Source: Nitrospirota bacterium
GTDB taxonomy: Bacteria > Nitrospirota > 9FT-COMBO-42-15 > HDB-SIOI813
DNA length: 32,555 nucleotides
Assembly (NCBI GenBank): GCA_016234155.1
Contig: JACRGZ010000013.1
Location: 1-32,555 of the forward strand
Reading direction: 5' to 3'
The position numbers were made by a program, and so were the translations under genes. Numbering within the stretch: position 1 is the first letter of the stretch; every line of letters starts with the position of its first letter. Below, piece after piece: positions 7,957 through 14,594 of this stretch. Below the pieces are notes generated by a model. The model was not told the origin of the DNA, did no database searches, and worked only from the letters and a program-made list of their open reading frames with translations.

Positions 7957-9012
7957 ATGATGTCAAGAAACTTTTCAATATACAAGTCCTACCTTGACGA
8001 GCGGGGAAAACTGCATCCATTCATGCAGGACATGATCCTCTTCTACAAGGGGCTGATTGATATATGGGGTGAAGCCTCCCCTGACGACCTTTCTCCTTTG
8101 TTCCCCCCCCTCACTCAAGTTTTCCCCCCTTTTTTAAAGGGGGGTGAGGGGGGATTAAAGTGTATGCTCAACAAGGATAAAATCAAAGCCTTGGATTTTA
8201 CCAACAGCATAAGCGTCGCAAAGAAAATATTTAAATTATTCGAACAGGAGAAGAAAGATGCGGATATTGAATGTGCCGGCGCATCACCAGATGCCATTAT
8301 CGAATTTATAAAAGATGGCCTTGCCAGTGAGGAGAGATATAAAAACGCTATCCTTAAATGGATACTCAAGCCATCTTTTGAATACACAATAGGTAAGCTA
8401 AAAATAATTGGCCAAACTACCCTCCCCCCCTCGTTCATATCCCCTCTCCCCACCCCCCTCCATATCCTCCCCCCACACGGGGGGGAGGAAAAAAGCTTGC
8501 CCCCGAAGTATTTATCGGGGGGTGGGGGGGGTGATTTGCAGGGGGAGAGGGGAAGGGTGAGGGGGAGCAAATCGGTGAGGGGGAGCGTAGGCGGCATATG
8601 CCCCCTGTGCGCCTCCCCTCCAGGCATGGCCCTTGTCTATGCCCCTGGTGATGGAACATCTGATCAGCGCCTCCTCTCCTGCTGCTTCTGCGGATACAGG
8701 TGGCCTTATTCCATGACCGGCTGTCCGGCATGTGGCAATGACAGTCCGGAAAAGTTTGGTTTCTTTGTCGGGGATTCATCCCCCAAAGAAAGCCCAAAAG
8801 AACCCCCAAAAGAACCCCCAAAAGAAACTAATGACCAGGGTGTGCGTGCCGTAAGCTGTGAGGAGTGCAAGACTTATCTGAAGACCATCTTCATAGGATG
8901 CCGTGGTGACAACAGAGCCCCTGAGGACTTGGACATGGACATAGAAGACGTAGCTACCCTCCACCTCGATATAATAGCCAACCAGCGTGGGTACAAAGCC
9001 CTCTGTGGGTGA
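7957..9012 (+). CDS. FdhE-like zinc-ribbon protein carrying in-frame repeat insertions
   Basis: The C-terminal half follows the FdhE pattern: CPLC..(R)LLSCCFCGYRW..CPACG...VSCEECKTYLK...DMDIEDVATLHLDI...G. The track start GTG 7945 lies inside repeat R1, so ATG 7957 is preferred. No formate dehydrogenase genes are in the window. Confidence 0.65.
   Translation: MMSRNFSIYKSYLDERGKLHPFMQDMILFYKGLIDIWGEASPDDLSPLFPPLTQVFPPFLKGGEGGLKCMLNKDKIKALDFTNSISVAKKIFKLFEQEKKDADIECAGASPDAIIEFIKDGLASEERYKNAILKWILKPSFEYTIGKLKIIGQTTLPPSFISPLPTPLHILPPHGGEEKSLPPKYLSGGGGGDLQGERGRVRGSKSVRGSVGGICPLCASPPGMALVYAPGDGTSDQRLLSCCFCGYRWPYSMTGCPACGNDSPEKFGFFVGDSSPKESPKEPPKEPPKETNDQGVRAVSCEECKTYLKTIFIGCRGDNRAPEDLDMDIEDVATLHLDIIANQRGYKALCG
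8103..8153 (+). repeat. R1b nested G/C palindrome inside the fdhE-like CDS
   Basis: The outer stem pairs CCCCCCTCAC (8105-8114) with GTGAGGGGGG (8144-8153). The inner stem pairs CCCCCCTTT (8124-8132) with AAAGGGGGG (8136-8144). The 51 nt equal 17 codons. Confidence 0.8.
8441..8552 (+). repeat. R2 composite G/C palindromic element, copy a (inside the fdhE-like CDS; G/C-run flanks extend to ~8418-8595)
   Basis: The core CCTCCATATCCTCCCCCC-ACAC-GGGGGGGAGG-AAAAAAGCTTGCCCCCGAAGTATTTATCGGGGGGTGGGGG..ATTTGCAGGGGGAG matches the reverse complement of 26709-26820. The outer arms CCCCTCTCCCC and GGGGAGAGGGG pair. Confidence 0.85.
8782..8829 (+). repeat. In-frame tandem 12-nt repeat x4 (PKES-PKEP-PKEP-PKET) in the fdhE-like CDS
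   Basis: CCCAAAGAAAGC CCAAAAGAACCC CCAAAAGAACCC CCAAAAGAAACT. Confidence 0.9.
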
Positions 9013-9064
9013 ATGAGTGAATGGGTGAATGAGTAAAACCAATGATCCCATCTACCCATCTACC
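9007..9064 (+). repeat. T3 hairpin (GGGTGAAT/GAGTGAAT octamers), copy a
   Basis: GGGTGAATGAGTGAATGGGTGAATGAGTAAAACC .. CCCATCTACCCATCTACC. The fdhE-like stop TGA (9010-9012) lies inside it. Confidence 0.8.
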
Positions 9065-9068
9065 GATT

Positions 9069-9219
9069 GAGGCTCTTGCAAAAGTCCCCATTTTGTCATT
9101 CCCGCAGGGATTCTGAGCGGGAATCTGGTTCTAAGTGCTTGAAAAAGCATATCCCTCCCCGAGTGCTTCTATCGGGGATAGAAGATTTCGGGGATGACAT
9201 AGACTTTTGCAAGAACCTC
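9069..9219 (+). mobile_element. M1 MITE-like element, copy a (151 bp, 17-bp TIRs, GATT flanking duplication)
   Basis: The element runs GAGGCTCTTGCAAAAGT ... ACTTTTGCAAGAACCTC, with GATT on both flanks (9065-9068 and 9220-9223). The right ~70 nt are nearly identical to copy b. Internal hairpin ATTCCCGC/GCGGGAAT. Confidence 0.85.
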
Positions 9220-9245
9220 GATTTACCCATCTACTCTCAAAGCAC

Positions 9246-9275
9246 TTGCAAAAGAAAATAGCGCTATGTTAATAT
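9246..9275 (+). promoter_or_regulatory. Candidate sigma-70 promoter upstream of the HMGL-Cache/mdh/fumarase block
   Basis: TTGCAA (9246-9251), an 18-nt spacer, then TAATAT (9270-9275). The ATG at 9285 has no SD, so the mRNA would be nearly leaderless. Confidence 0.35.
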
Positions 9276-9284
9276 TCCATTACC

Positions 9285-11153
9285 ATGTCCGGTCTTGTAA
9301 AAGAAAAGAATCTTTTAACCAGGGCTGCCTATCACTATGAGATTGTAGATGTAAAAGGGCCAAATCTGTTCAGGGAGTTCTTCCCTTATAATGAGGTCCC
9401 AAAGATCCCATTTAATCACCGTATTGTTCCGATGTATACCCCTGATGAGTTCTGGATTACTGATACCACCTTCAGGGATGGGCAGCAGGCAAGGCCGCCG
9501 TACGGTGTCGAACATATAGTAAAGATCTATGACATGCTCCACAGGTTGAGCGGCCCTAATGGTGTGATAAGACAGTGCGAGTTCTTTCTTTACAGCAAGA
9601 AGGACAGGGAGGCTGTAGAGAAGTGTCTTGAGAAGGGGTACAGGTATCCTGAGATAACGGGGTGGATAAGGGCGGTCAAGGAAGATTTCCAGATCGTCAG
9701 GGAGGCGGGCCTTAAAGAGACCGGTATCCTTACATCATGCTCTGACTACCATATCTTTTTAAAGCTTGGAACGACGAGGCGTGAGGCGGCCGACAAATAC
9801 CTTGATATAGTCAGGACGGCACTGGATGCCGGCATTGTGCCCCGCTGTCACCTTGAAGATATCACCCGTGCAGACTTCTATGGGTTTGTAATCCCCTTTG
9901 TCCAGAGGCTGATGGAGATCTCTGAGCAGAGCGGGATACCGGTCAAGATAAGGGCATGTGACACAATGGGGTATGGTGTCCCTTATATGGGCGCCTCAAC
10001 ACCCCGCGGGATACCGGAGCTTATCTATGGTCTTGTGCACTATGGCGGTGTTCCTTCAGAGCAGCTTGAGTGGCACGGGCATAATGATTTTCACAAGGCC
10101 CTGATAAATGCAACAACGGCATGGGTATATGGATGCAGTGCGGCTAACGGGGTCATATTCGGCTTTGGGGAGAGGACCGGCAATACCCCGATTGAGGCAT
10201 TAGTTATGGAGTATATATCATTGCGGGGGGATACAAATGGTGTAGATACAACCGTGATTACAGAGATAGCTGAATATTTCAGAAAGGAGCTCGGTGTCCT
10301 GATACCCTCAAATTACCCCTTTGTCGGCGCTGACTTTAATAACACAAGCGCCGGTATCCACGCGGACGGGGCGCTGAAGAACGAAGAGATATATAACATA
10401 TTTGATACTGTAAGACTCCTTAAGAGACCGATGGGGATTACTATTACGGACAAGTCCGGGGTTGCCGGTATTGCATACTGGGTGAACAGTCACCTGGGAT
10501 TGGAGGATGACCGTAAGGTGGATAAAAAACACCCCGGGATTGAAAAGATATACAGATGGGTTATGGAACAGTATGAAATGGGGAGGCTTACGGCCATATC
10601 GTCTGATGAGATGTTTACTCAGGCCAAGAAGCATCTGCCGGAATATTTTGGTTCAGAGCTTGACCGCCTGAAGAAGAGGGCTGAGGATATTATGGTGCCT
10701 CTGGTAGAGGATGTTGTTGATGATGGTTCATTTAAGACTATGAGTTTCGGGCAGATGGAGGCGATTATGCAGAAGCTGGTGGATGATAATCCGTTTATAC
10801 AGTTTGCCTATGTTGTTAACATGGACGGACGGCTTCTGACAAAAAATATAACCCAGTCGGCCGATAGGGCAAGATATGAGAGATTTGGCGTCGGACAGGA
10901 TTTCTCGAACAGGCCATGGTTTATCGAGCCGCTGAAGAGTGGTAATACCTTTGTCACCGATTTCTACAAGTCTACAATAACCGATGCCCTCTGTATAACG
11001 GTTTCTACCCCTGTCAGGAATGAGACAGGGGAGGTGAAGGGTGTATTTGGTGTTGATTTAAAGTTTGAGGATGTGGTAAAGATTGACAGGAGGATGGAGT
11101 TTGGCAGGGTATCTGCAGAGGAGAAGGGTGGAGTTGAAGGGGAGATAATATGA
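9285..11153 (+). CDS. HMGL-like (DRE-TIM) 2-oxoacid:acetyl-CoA condensing enzyme (homocitrate / Re-citrate synthase-like) fused to a C-terminal Cache/PDC-like domain
   Basis: ITDTTFRDGQQ, CDTMGYG, EWHGHNDFH and GERTGN are the catalytic signature of the IPMS/homocitrate/Re-citrate synthase family. The last ~170 aa show a Cache-like pattern (YVVNMDGRLL.., NRPWF, GVFGVDLKFEDV). It is followed by mdh and fumarase. Confidence 0.7.
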   Translation: MSGLVKEKNLLTRAAYHYEIVDVKGPNLFREFFPYNEVPKIPFNHRIVPMYTPDEFWITDTTFRDGQQARPPYGVEHIVKIYDMLHRLSGPNGVIRQCEFFLYSKKDREAVEKCLEKGYRYPEITGWIRAVKEDFQIVREAGLKETGILTSCSDYHIFLKLGTTRREAADKYLDIVRTALDAGIVPRCHLEDITRADFYGFVIPFVQRLMEISEQSGIPVKIRACDTMGYGVPYMGASTPRGIPELIYGLVHYGGVPSEQLEWHGHNDFHKALINATTAWVYGCSAANGVIFGFGERTGNTPIEALVMEYISLRGDTNGVDTTVITEIAEYFRKELGVLIPSNYPFVGADFNNTSAGIHADGALKNEEIYNIFDTVRLLKRPMGITITDKSGVAGIAYWVNSHLGLEDDRKVDKKHPGIEKIYRWVMEQYEMGRLTAISSDEMFTQAKKHLPEYFGSELDRLKKRAEDIMVPLVEDVVDDGSFKTMSFGQMEAIMQKLVDDNPFIQFAYVVNMDGRLLTKNITQSADRARYERFGVGQDFSNRPWFIEPLKSGNTFVTDFYKSTITDALCITVSTPVRNETGEVKGVFGVDLKFEDVVKIDRRMEFGRVSAEEKGGVEGEII

Positions 11154-11301
11154 GGTAAAATCCTAAGCACTAAATCCTAAATTCTAAACAATATCAAATG
11201 ACCAAAATCCAAAATTCAAAACAGCAAGGCTTTAGAAGTTTTGAACATTTGGATTTAGGATTTTGAATTTGTTTAGGATTTAGATATTAGGATTTAGGAT
11301 T
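11154..11301 (+). repeat. T1 long imperfect hairpin built from AATCCTA-type heptamers, copy a
   Basis: The left arm is AAATCCTAAGCACTAAATCCTAAATTCTAAACAATATCAAATGACCAAAATCC. The right arm is ..GAATTTGTTTAGGATTTAGATATTAGGATTTAGGATT. It starts right after the stop at 11153. The arms are shared with 31572-31711. Confidence 0.85.
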
Positions 11302-11318
11302 GCAATAAGGAGGCGAAA

Positions 11319-12269
11319 TTGGGCGGACGGAATAAAATAACCATTATCGGCGCCGGCAATGTAGGGGCCTCTACGGCCCAGAGGGTGATGGAGAAATCCC
11401 TGGGGGATGTGGTGTTAATAGACGTTGTAGAAGGGATCCCTCAGGGTAAGGCGCTTGATATCTTAGAAGCTGCCCCTTTAAGCAATGCCGATGTAAGTGT
11501 CACGGGAACAAATAGTTATGATGAGACCGCAGGGTCTGATATTATTGTTATAACGGCAGGACTTGCAAGAAAACCCGGTATGAGCCGGCGGGATCTGTTA
11601 GAAAAAAATGCCAGGATAGTAAGGGATGTTACTGCAGAGGCTGTAAGACACTCACCTGACGCAATACTTATCGTTGTAACAAACCCCATGGATCTTATGA
11701 CATCTGTATCATGGAACGTCTCGGGTTTTCCAAGTCATCGTGTGATAGGGATGGGTGGTGTGCTTGATTCATCCAGGTTCAGATGTTTTATTGCCTCCGA
11801 ACTTAATGTATCAGTAGAGAATATACATGCCTTTGTACTTGGCGGTCATGGAGACCTCATGGTGCCGCTGCCGAGATTTTCCACCGTCGCCGGTGTCCCG
11901 ATAACTGAGATATTGTCAAATGCCCGGATAGACAAGATGGTGGAGCGTACAAGGTCTGGCGGCGGCGAGATCGTGGGGCTTCTTAAGACGGGGAGCGCCT
12001 ATGTGGCGCCTGCGGCGGCGATTACAGAGATGGTGGAGGCTATTATTCTTGACAAAAAGAAGATAATGCCATGCGCAGTGTATTTAGACGGGGAGTATGG
12101 GGTGAAAGACATGTTTGTTGGTGTGCCAGTAAAACTGGGGAAGAAAGGTGTAGAGGAGATTATTGAGATAAAGTTTACGGATGAGGAGAGGGAGGCGTTT
12201 CTTAAGTCTGTTGACAGGGTCAGGAGCGGAGTAGATGAGGTAAAACAAATCCTAAATCCTAAATCCTAA
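11319..12269 (+). CDS. mdh: Malate dehydrogenase (LDH-like family)
   Basis: [13 protein letters not shown] Rossmann motif, VVTNPMD, and ~316 aa. The TTG start sits 5 nt after AAGGAGG (11307-11313). The last 8 codons and the stop lie in a repeat. Confidence 0.85.
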   Translation: MGGRNKITIIGAGNVGASTAQRVMEKSLGDVVLIDVVEGIPQGKALDILEAAPLSNADVSVTGTNSYDETAGSDIIVITAGLARKPGMSRRDLLEKNARIVRDVTAEAVRHSPDAILIVVTNPMDLMTSVSWNVSGFPSHRVIGMGGVLDSSRFRCFIASELNVSVENIHAFVLGGHGDLMVPLPRFSTVAGVPITEILSNARIDKMVERTRSGGGEIVGLLKTGSAYVAPAAAITEMVEAIILDKKKIMPCAVYLDGEYGVKDMFVGVPVKLGKKGVEEIIEIKFTDEEREAFLKSVDRVRSGVDEVKQILNPKS

Positions 12270-12377
12270 ATTATTGGTAAGGGGTCAAGGGGTCAAGGAT
12301 TCAAGGGGTCAAGTGATATTAATTCACTTGAATCCTTGACCCCTCGACCCCTTGAACCCTAATTTAGGATTTTACCG
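12243..12377 (+). repeat. Nested composite hairpin: T1-type outer arms around T2 (GGGGTCAA octamer) inner arms
   Basis: The sequence runs AAATCCTAAATCCTAAATCCTAAATT .. GGGGTCAAGGGGTCAAGGATTCAAGGGGTCAAGTGA-TATTAA-TTCACTTGAATCCTTGACCCCTCGACCCCTTGAACCC .. TAATTTAGGATTTT. Confidence 0.85.
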
Positions 12378-12393
12378 AAGAGGGTTCTTAGGG

Positions 12394-13239
12394 ATGCGGC
12401 GCATACATTACAACGATATAGCGGACAAGATCAGTGACATCTGTATAGAGGCTAACTACAGCCTCAGCGGGGATGTCATTGCAGCGTATGAGAAGGCCCT
12501 TGAGATGGAAAAATCCCCCCTTGGCCAGGAGGTGCTGAGGCAGATTATGGAGAACTCGCAGATCGCCGGTAAGGAAGGTATGCCCCTCTGTCAGGATACG
12601 GGGCTTGCGGTCTTTTTTGTTGAGCTTGGTCAGGATGTCTCTATAGCCGGCGGACTCCTGAGTGATGCGATAAATGAAGGGGTGAGACAGGGGTACAGCA
12701 AGGGTTATCTCAGGAAATCTGTTGTGGAAGAGCCTATCTTTGGCAGGAGAAATACCACTGATAATACCCCGGCTATTATCCATACTGAAATTGTTCCGGG
12801 TGACAAAATCAAGGTTACACTTGATGTTGCCGGTGGTGGGTGTGAAAATATGGCGGCGTTAAAGATGTTCCGTCCGGCAGACGGGATTGAAGGGGTAAGG
12901 CAGTTTGTCATTGAAACGGTGAGAAATGCAGGTGCGAATCCATGTCCGCCTGTTGTTGTCGGAGTTGGTATCGGGGGGGATTTTGAGAAGGCTGCCATTT
13001 TGGCGAAGAGGGCATTGCTGAGGCCGGTTGGACAGCCGCATCCCAAGATGGAGGTGGCTGCTGTAGAGGAGGACCTCTTAAAGAGGATAAATCAACTTGG
13101 CATCGGACCTGTAGGTCTGGGTGGCAATATAACCGCCCTTGCGGTTCATATAGAGATACACCCATGCCATATCGCCAGTCTGCCGGTGGCGGTAAATTTA
13201 GGATGTCATTCGAGCAGGCATAAAAGCATGGTTGTATGA
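12394..13239 (+). CDS. Class I (Fe-S) fumarate hydratase, alpha (N-terminal) subunit
   Basis: PLCQDTGLAVFFVELG and GGGCENM are motifs of the Fe-S hydro-lyase alpha type. The track start TTG 12352 is inside the T2 hairpin, so ATG 12394 is preferred. Confidence 0.8.
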   Translation: MRRIHYNDIADKISDICIEANYSLSGDVIAAYEKALEMEKSPLGQEVLRQIMENSQIAGKEGMPLCQDTGLAVFFVELGQDVSIAGGLLSDAINEGVRQGYSKGYLRKSVVEEPIFGRRNTTDNTPAIIHTEIVPGDKIKVTLDVAGGGCENMAALKMFRPADGIEGVRQFVIETVRNAGANPCPPVVVGVGIGGDFEKAAILAKRALLRPVGQPHPKMEVAAVEEDLLKRINQLGIGPVGLGGNITALAVHIEIHPCHIASLPVAVNLGCHSSRHKSMVV

Positions 13240-13799
13240 AAATAACTACACCCCTTACAGACAATGTTATCACAGGACTTAAGGCAGGTGACAGGGTAGA
13301 GATAACAGGCGTCTTATATACTGCCCGGGATGTGGCGCACAAGCGGCTTGTCCAAATGATTAAAGAGGGGGAGAAGTTACCCTTTGATCTCAGAGGACAG
13401 ATTATCTATTTTGTGGGTCCGACACCTGCAAAACCAGGGATGCCAATAGGTTCTGCCGGTCCTACAACAAGCGGGAGGATGGACCCCTATTCCCCTTATC
13501 TTATTGAGCAGGGTCTTAAAGGGATGATCGGAAAGGGTGGGAGGTCTAAAGAGGTCGTTGATGCAATGGCTGAACATAAGTGCATATACTTTGCCGCTGT
13601 CGGCGGCGTTGCGGCGCTCCTTTCAAAGAAGATAAAGAAGGCAGAGGTGATTGCCTTTGAAGACCTCGGGACAGAGGCAGTCAGGAGATTAGAGGTAGAG
13701 GACTTCCCGGCGATCGTAATAAATGATATTTACGGTGGAGACCTCTACAAAGAAGGCGTAGCCAGGTATTCCAGCCCCCCGAGTAGCCGCATCCTTTAG
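13236..13799 (+). CDS. Class I (Fe-S) fumarate hydratase, beta (C-terminal) subunit
   Basis: GPTTSGRMD and IGKGGR are motifs of the beta type. It has an ATGA overlap with the alpha subunit gene. Confidence 0.8.
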   Translation: MKITTPLTDNVITGLKAGDRVEITGVLYTARDVAHKRLVQMIKEGEKLPFDLRGQIIYFVGPTPAKPGMPIGSAGPTTSGRMDPYSPYLIEQGLKGMIGKGGRSKEVVDAMAEHKCIYFAAVGGVAALLSKKIKKAEVIAFEDLGTEAVRRLEVEDFPAIVINDIYGGDLYKEGVARYSSPPSSRIL

Positions 13800-13809
13800 G
13801 TAGGATGCG
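13788..13809 (+). repeat. Hairpin CGCATCCT-TTAGGT-AGGATGCG with the fumarase-beta stop codon in its loop
   Basis: Perfect 8-bp stem. The TAG at 13797-13799 is in the loop. No U-tract follows. Confidence 0.7.
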
Positions 13810-13847
13810 AAATTTACACAGACCCAGCGCAGGGGTCATCCCCCATT

Positions 13848-13878
13848 ATTTTGGACAGACCTGAAGGTCTGTCCCTAC
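13848..13878 (+). repeat. T4 palindromic 31-mer ATTTTGGACAGACCTGAAGGTCTGTCCCTAC, copy a (nested in outer stem GGGTCATC/GATGACCC, 13833-13893)
   Basis: The 9-bp stem pairs GGACAGACC with GGTCTGTCC. It is identical to the reverse complement of 15348-15378. Confidence 0.9.
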
Positions 13879-13910
13879 GTCTCCCGATGACCCTACACCC
13901 TAGACTATAG

Positions 13911-13929
13911 GCCGGCCATGAAGGTCGGC
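13911..13929. repeat. R4 hairpin GCCGGCC-ATGAA-GGTCGGC (intergenic)
   Basis: 17/19 identical to 381-399. Confidence 0.75.
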
Positions 13930-14033
13930 GCTGCAGGCATAGCATATTCACATAAGGTTTATGCAAAATTCGTGCTTAAAATCCTTTACTTGAATTTTCG
14001 TTTGTGTTATATTTCATTTTATCTAATAAGCCA

Positions 14034-14594
14034 ATGGATATTTCAAGAAAATGGAAGTATATCGGGATAATCTGTTTTCTCTTATTTGTTGTCATTCTTA
14101 CAGGGCTTTTAAAGGGGAAAGAGGAAGGGAAGGGTGAGCGGTTAGAGACAGCCGTGCTTGGAGATATAGTGCAGCGCATAGAGAATTTTCACCTTATACG
14201 TTTTAAAGGTGAAGATGTGGAGTGGGAAATAGCGGCAAAAAAGGCGGTGATACATAACGGAGAAGATGATGCCTCACTTCAGGAGATAGGGATTACTCAT
14301 AACCCGTATAATGGAGAGCCAATCAGGCTTACAGCAGAGAGAGGAAGATACAACATAGATTCAAATGCCTTTCTTTTAGAAAAGGTAGAGAGGGAAGTAG
14401 ATGTAAAGATTGGCGAAGGTCTTACGATAAATGTCGGCAGCCTTTCGTGGTCTGAAGATGACAGGGAGATATGGGGTCCCGGGAAGGTGCTGTTAGTGGG
14501 CCAAAGATTTATACTTGAAGGAGAGGACCTTATAGCGAATCTGGATAAAGGGGTGTATGAGATTAAAAATAACATCCGGGCGGCTATGTGGTAA
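14034..14594 (+). CDS. lptC: LPS export protein LptC-like (single N-terminal TM anchor)
   Basis: MDISRKWKYIGIICFLLFVVILTGLL anchor followed by a beta-rich domain. It lies immediately upstream of lptA-lptB-rpoN, the canonical order. Confidence 0.6.
   Translation: MDISRKWKYIGIICFLLFVVILTGLLKGKEEGKGERLETAVLGDIVQRIENFHLIRFKGEDVEWEIAAKKAVIHNGEDDASLQEIGITHNPYNGEPIRLTAERGRYNIDSNAFLLEKVEREVDVKIGEGLTINVGSLSWSEDDREIWGPGKVLLVGQRFILEGEDLIANLDKGVYEIKNNIRAAMW

Noticed and set aside
8115-8821. Long antisense ORFs (8115..8627 and 8435..8821, minus strand) rich in Pro, Gly and Arg
   Set aside because: They are artefacts of stop-poor G/C-run repeats lying antisense to an FdhE-like CDS whose zinc-ribbon motifs identify the true frame.
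9067-9261. A 64-aa ORF, and the N-terminal 60 aa of track ORF 14607..15323, share LLSGIEDFGDDIDFCK, hinting at a conserved small protein
   Set aside because: Both are read-throughs of the M1 element. The two copies are read in different frames through their middle parts. The element has TIRs and target duplications, there is no SD, and the similarity is explained at the nucleotide level.
13935-13955. Possible sigma-54 promoter (GGCAT-N6-TTCA) upstream of lptC
   Set aside because: The -12 element lacks the conserved GC at the correct spacing. It is not better than chance.
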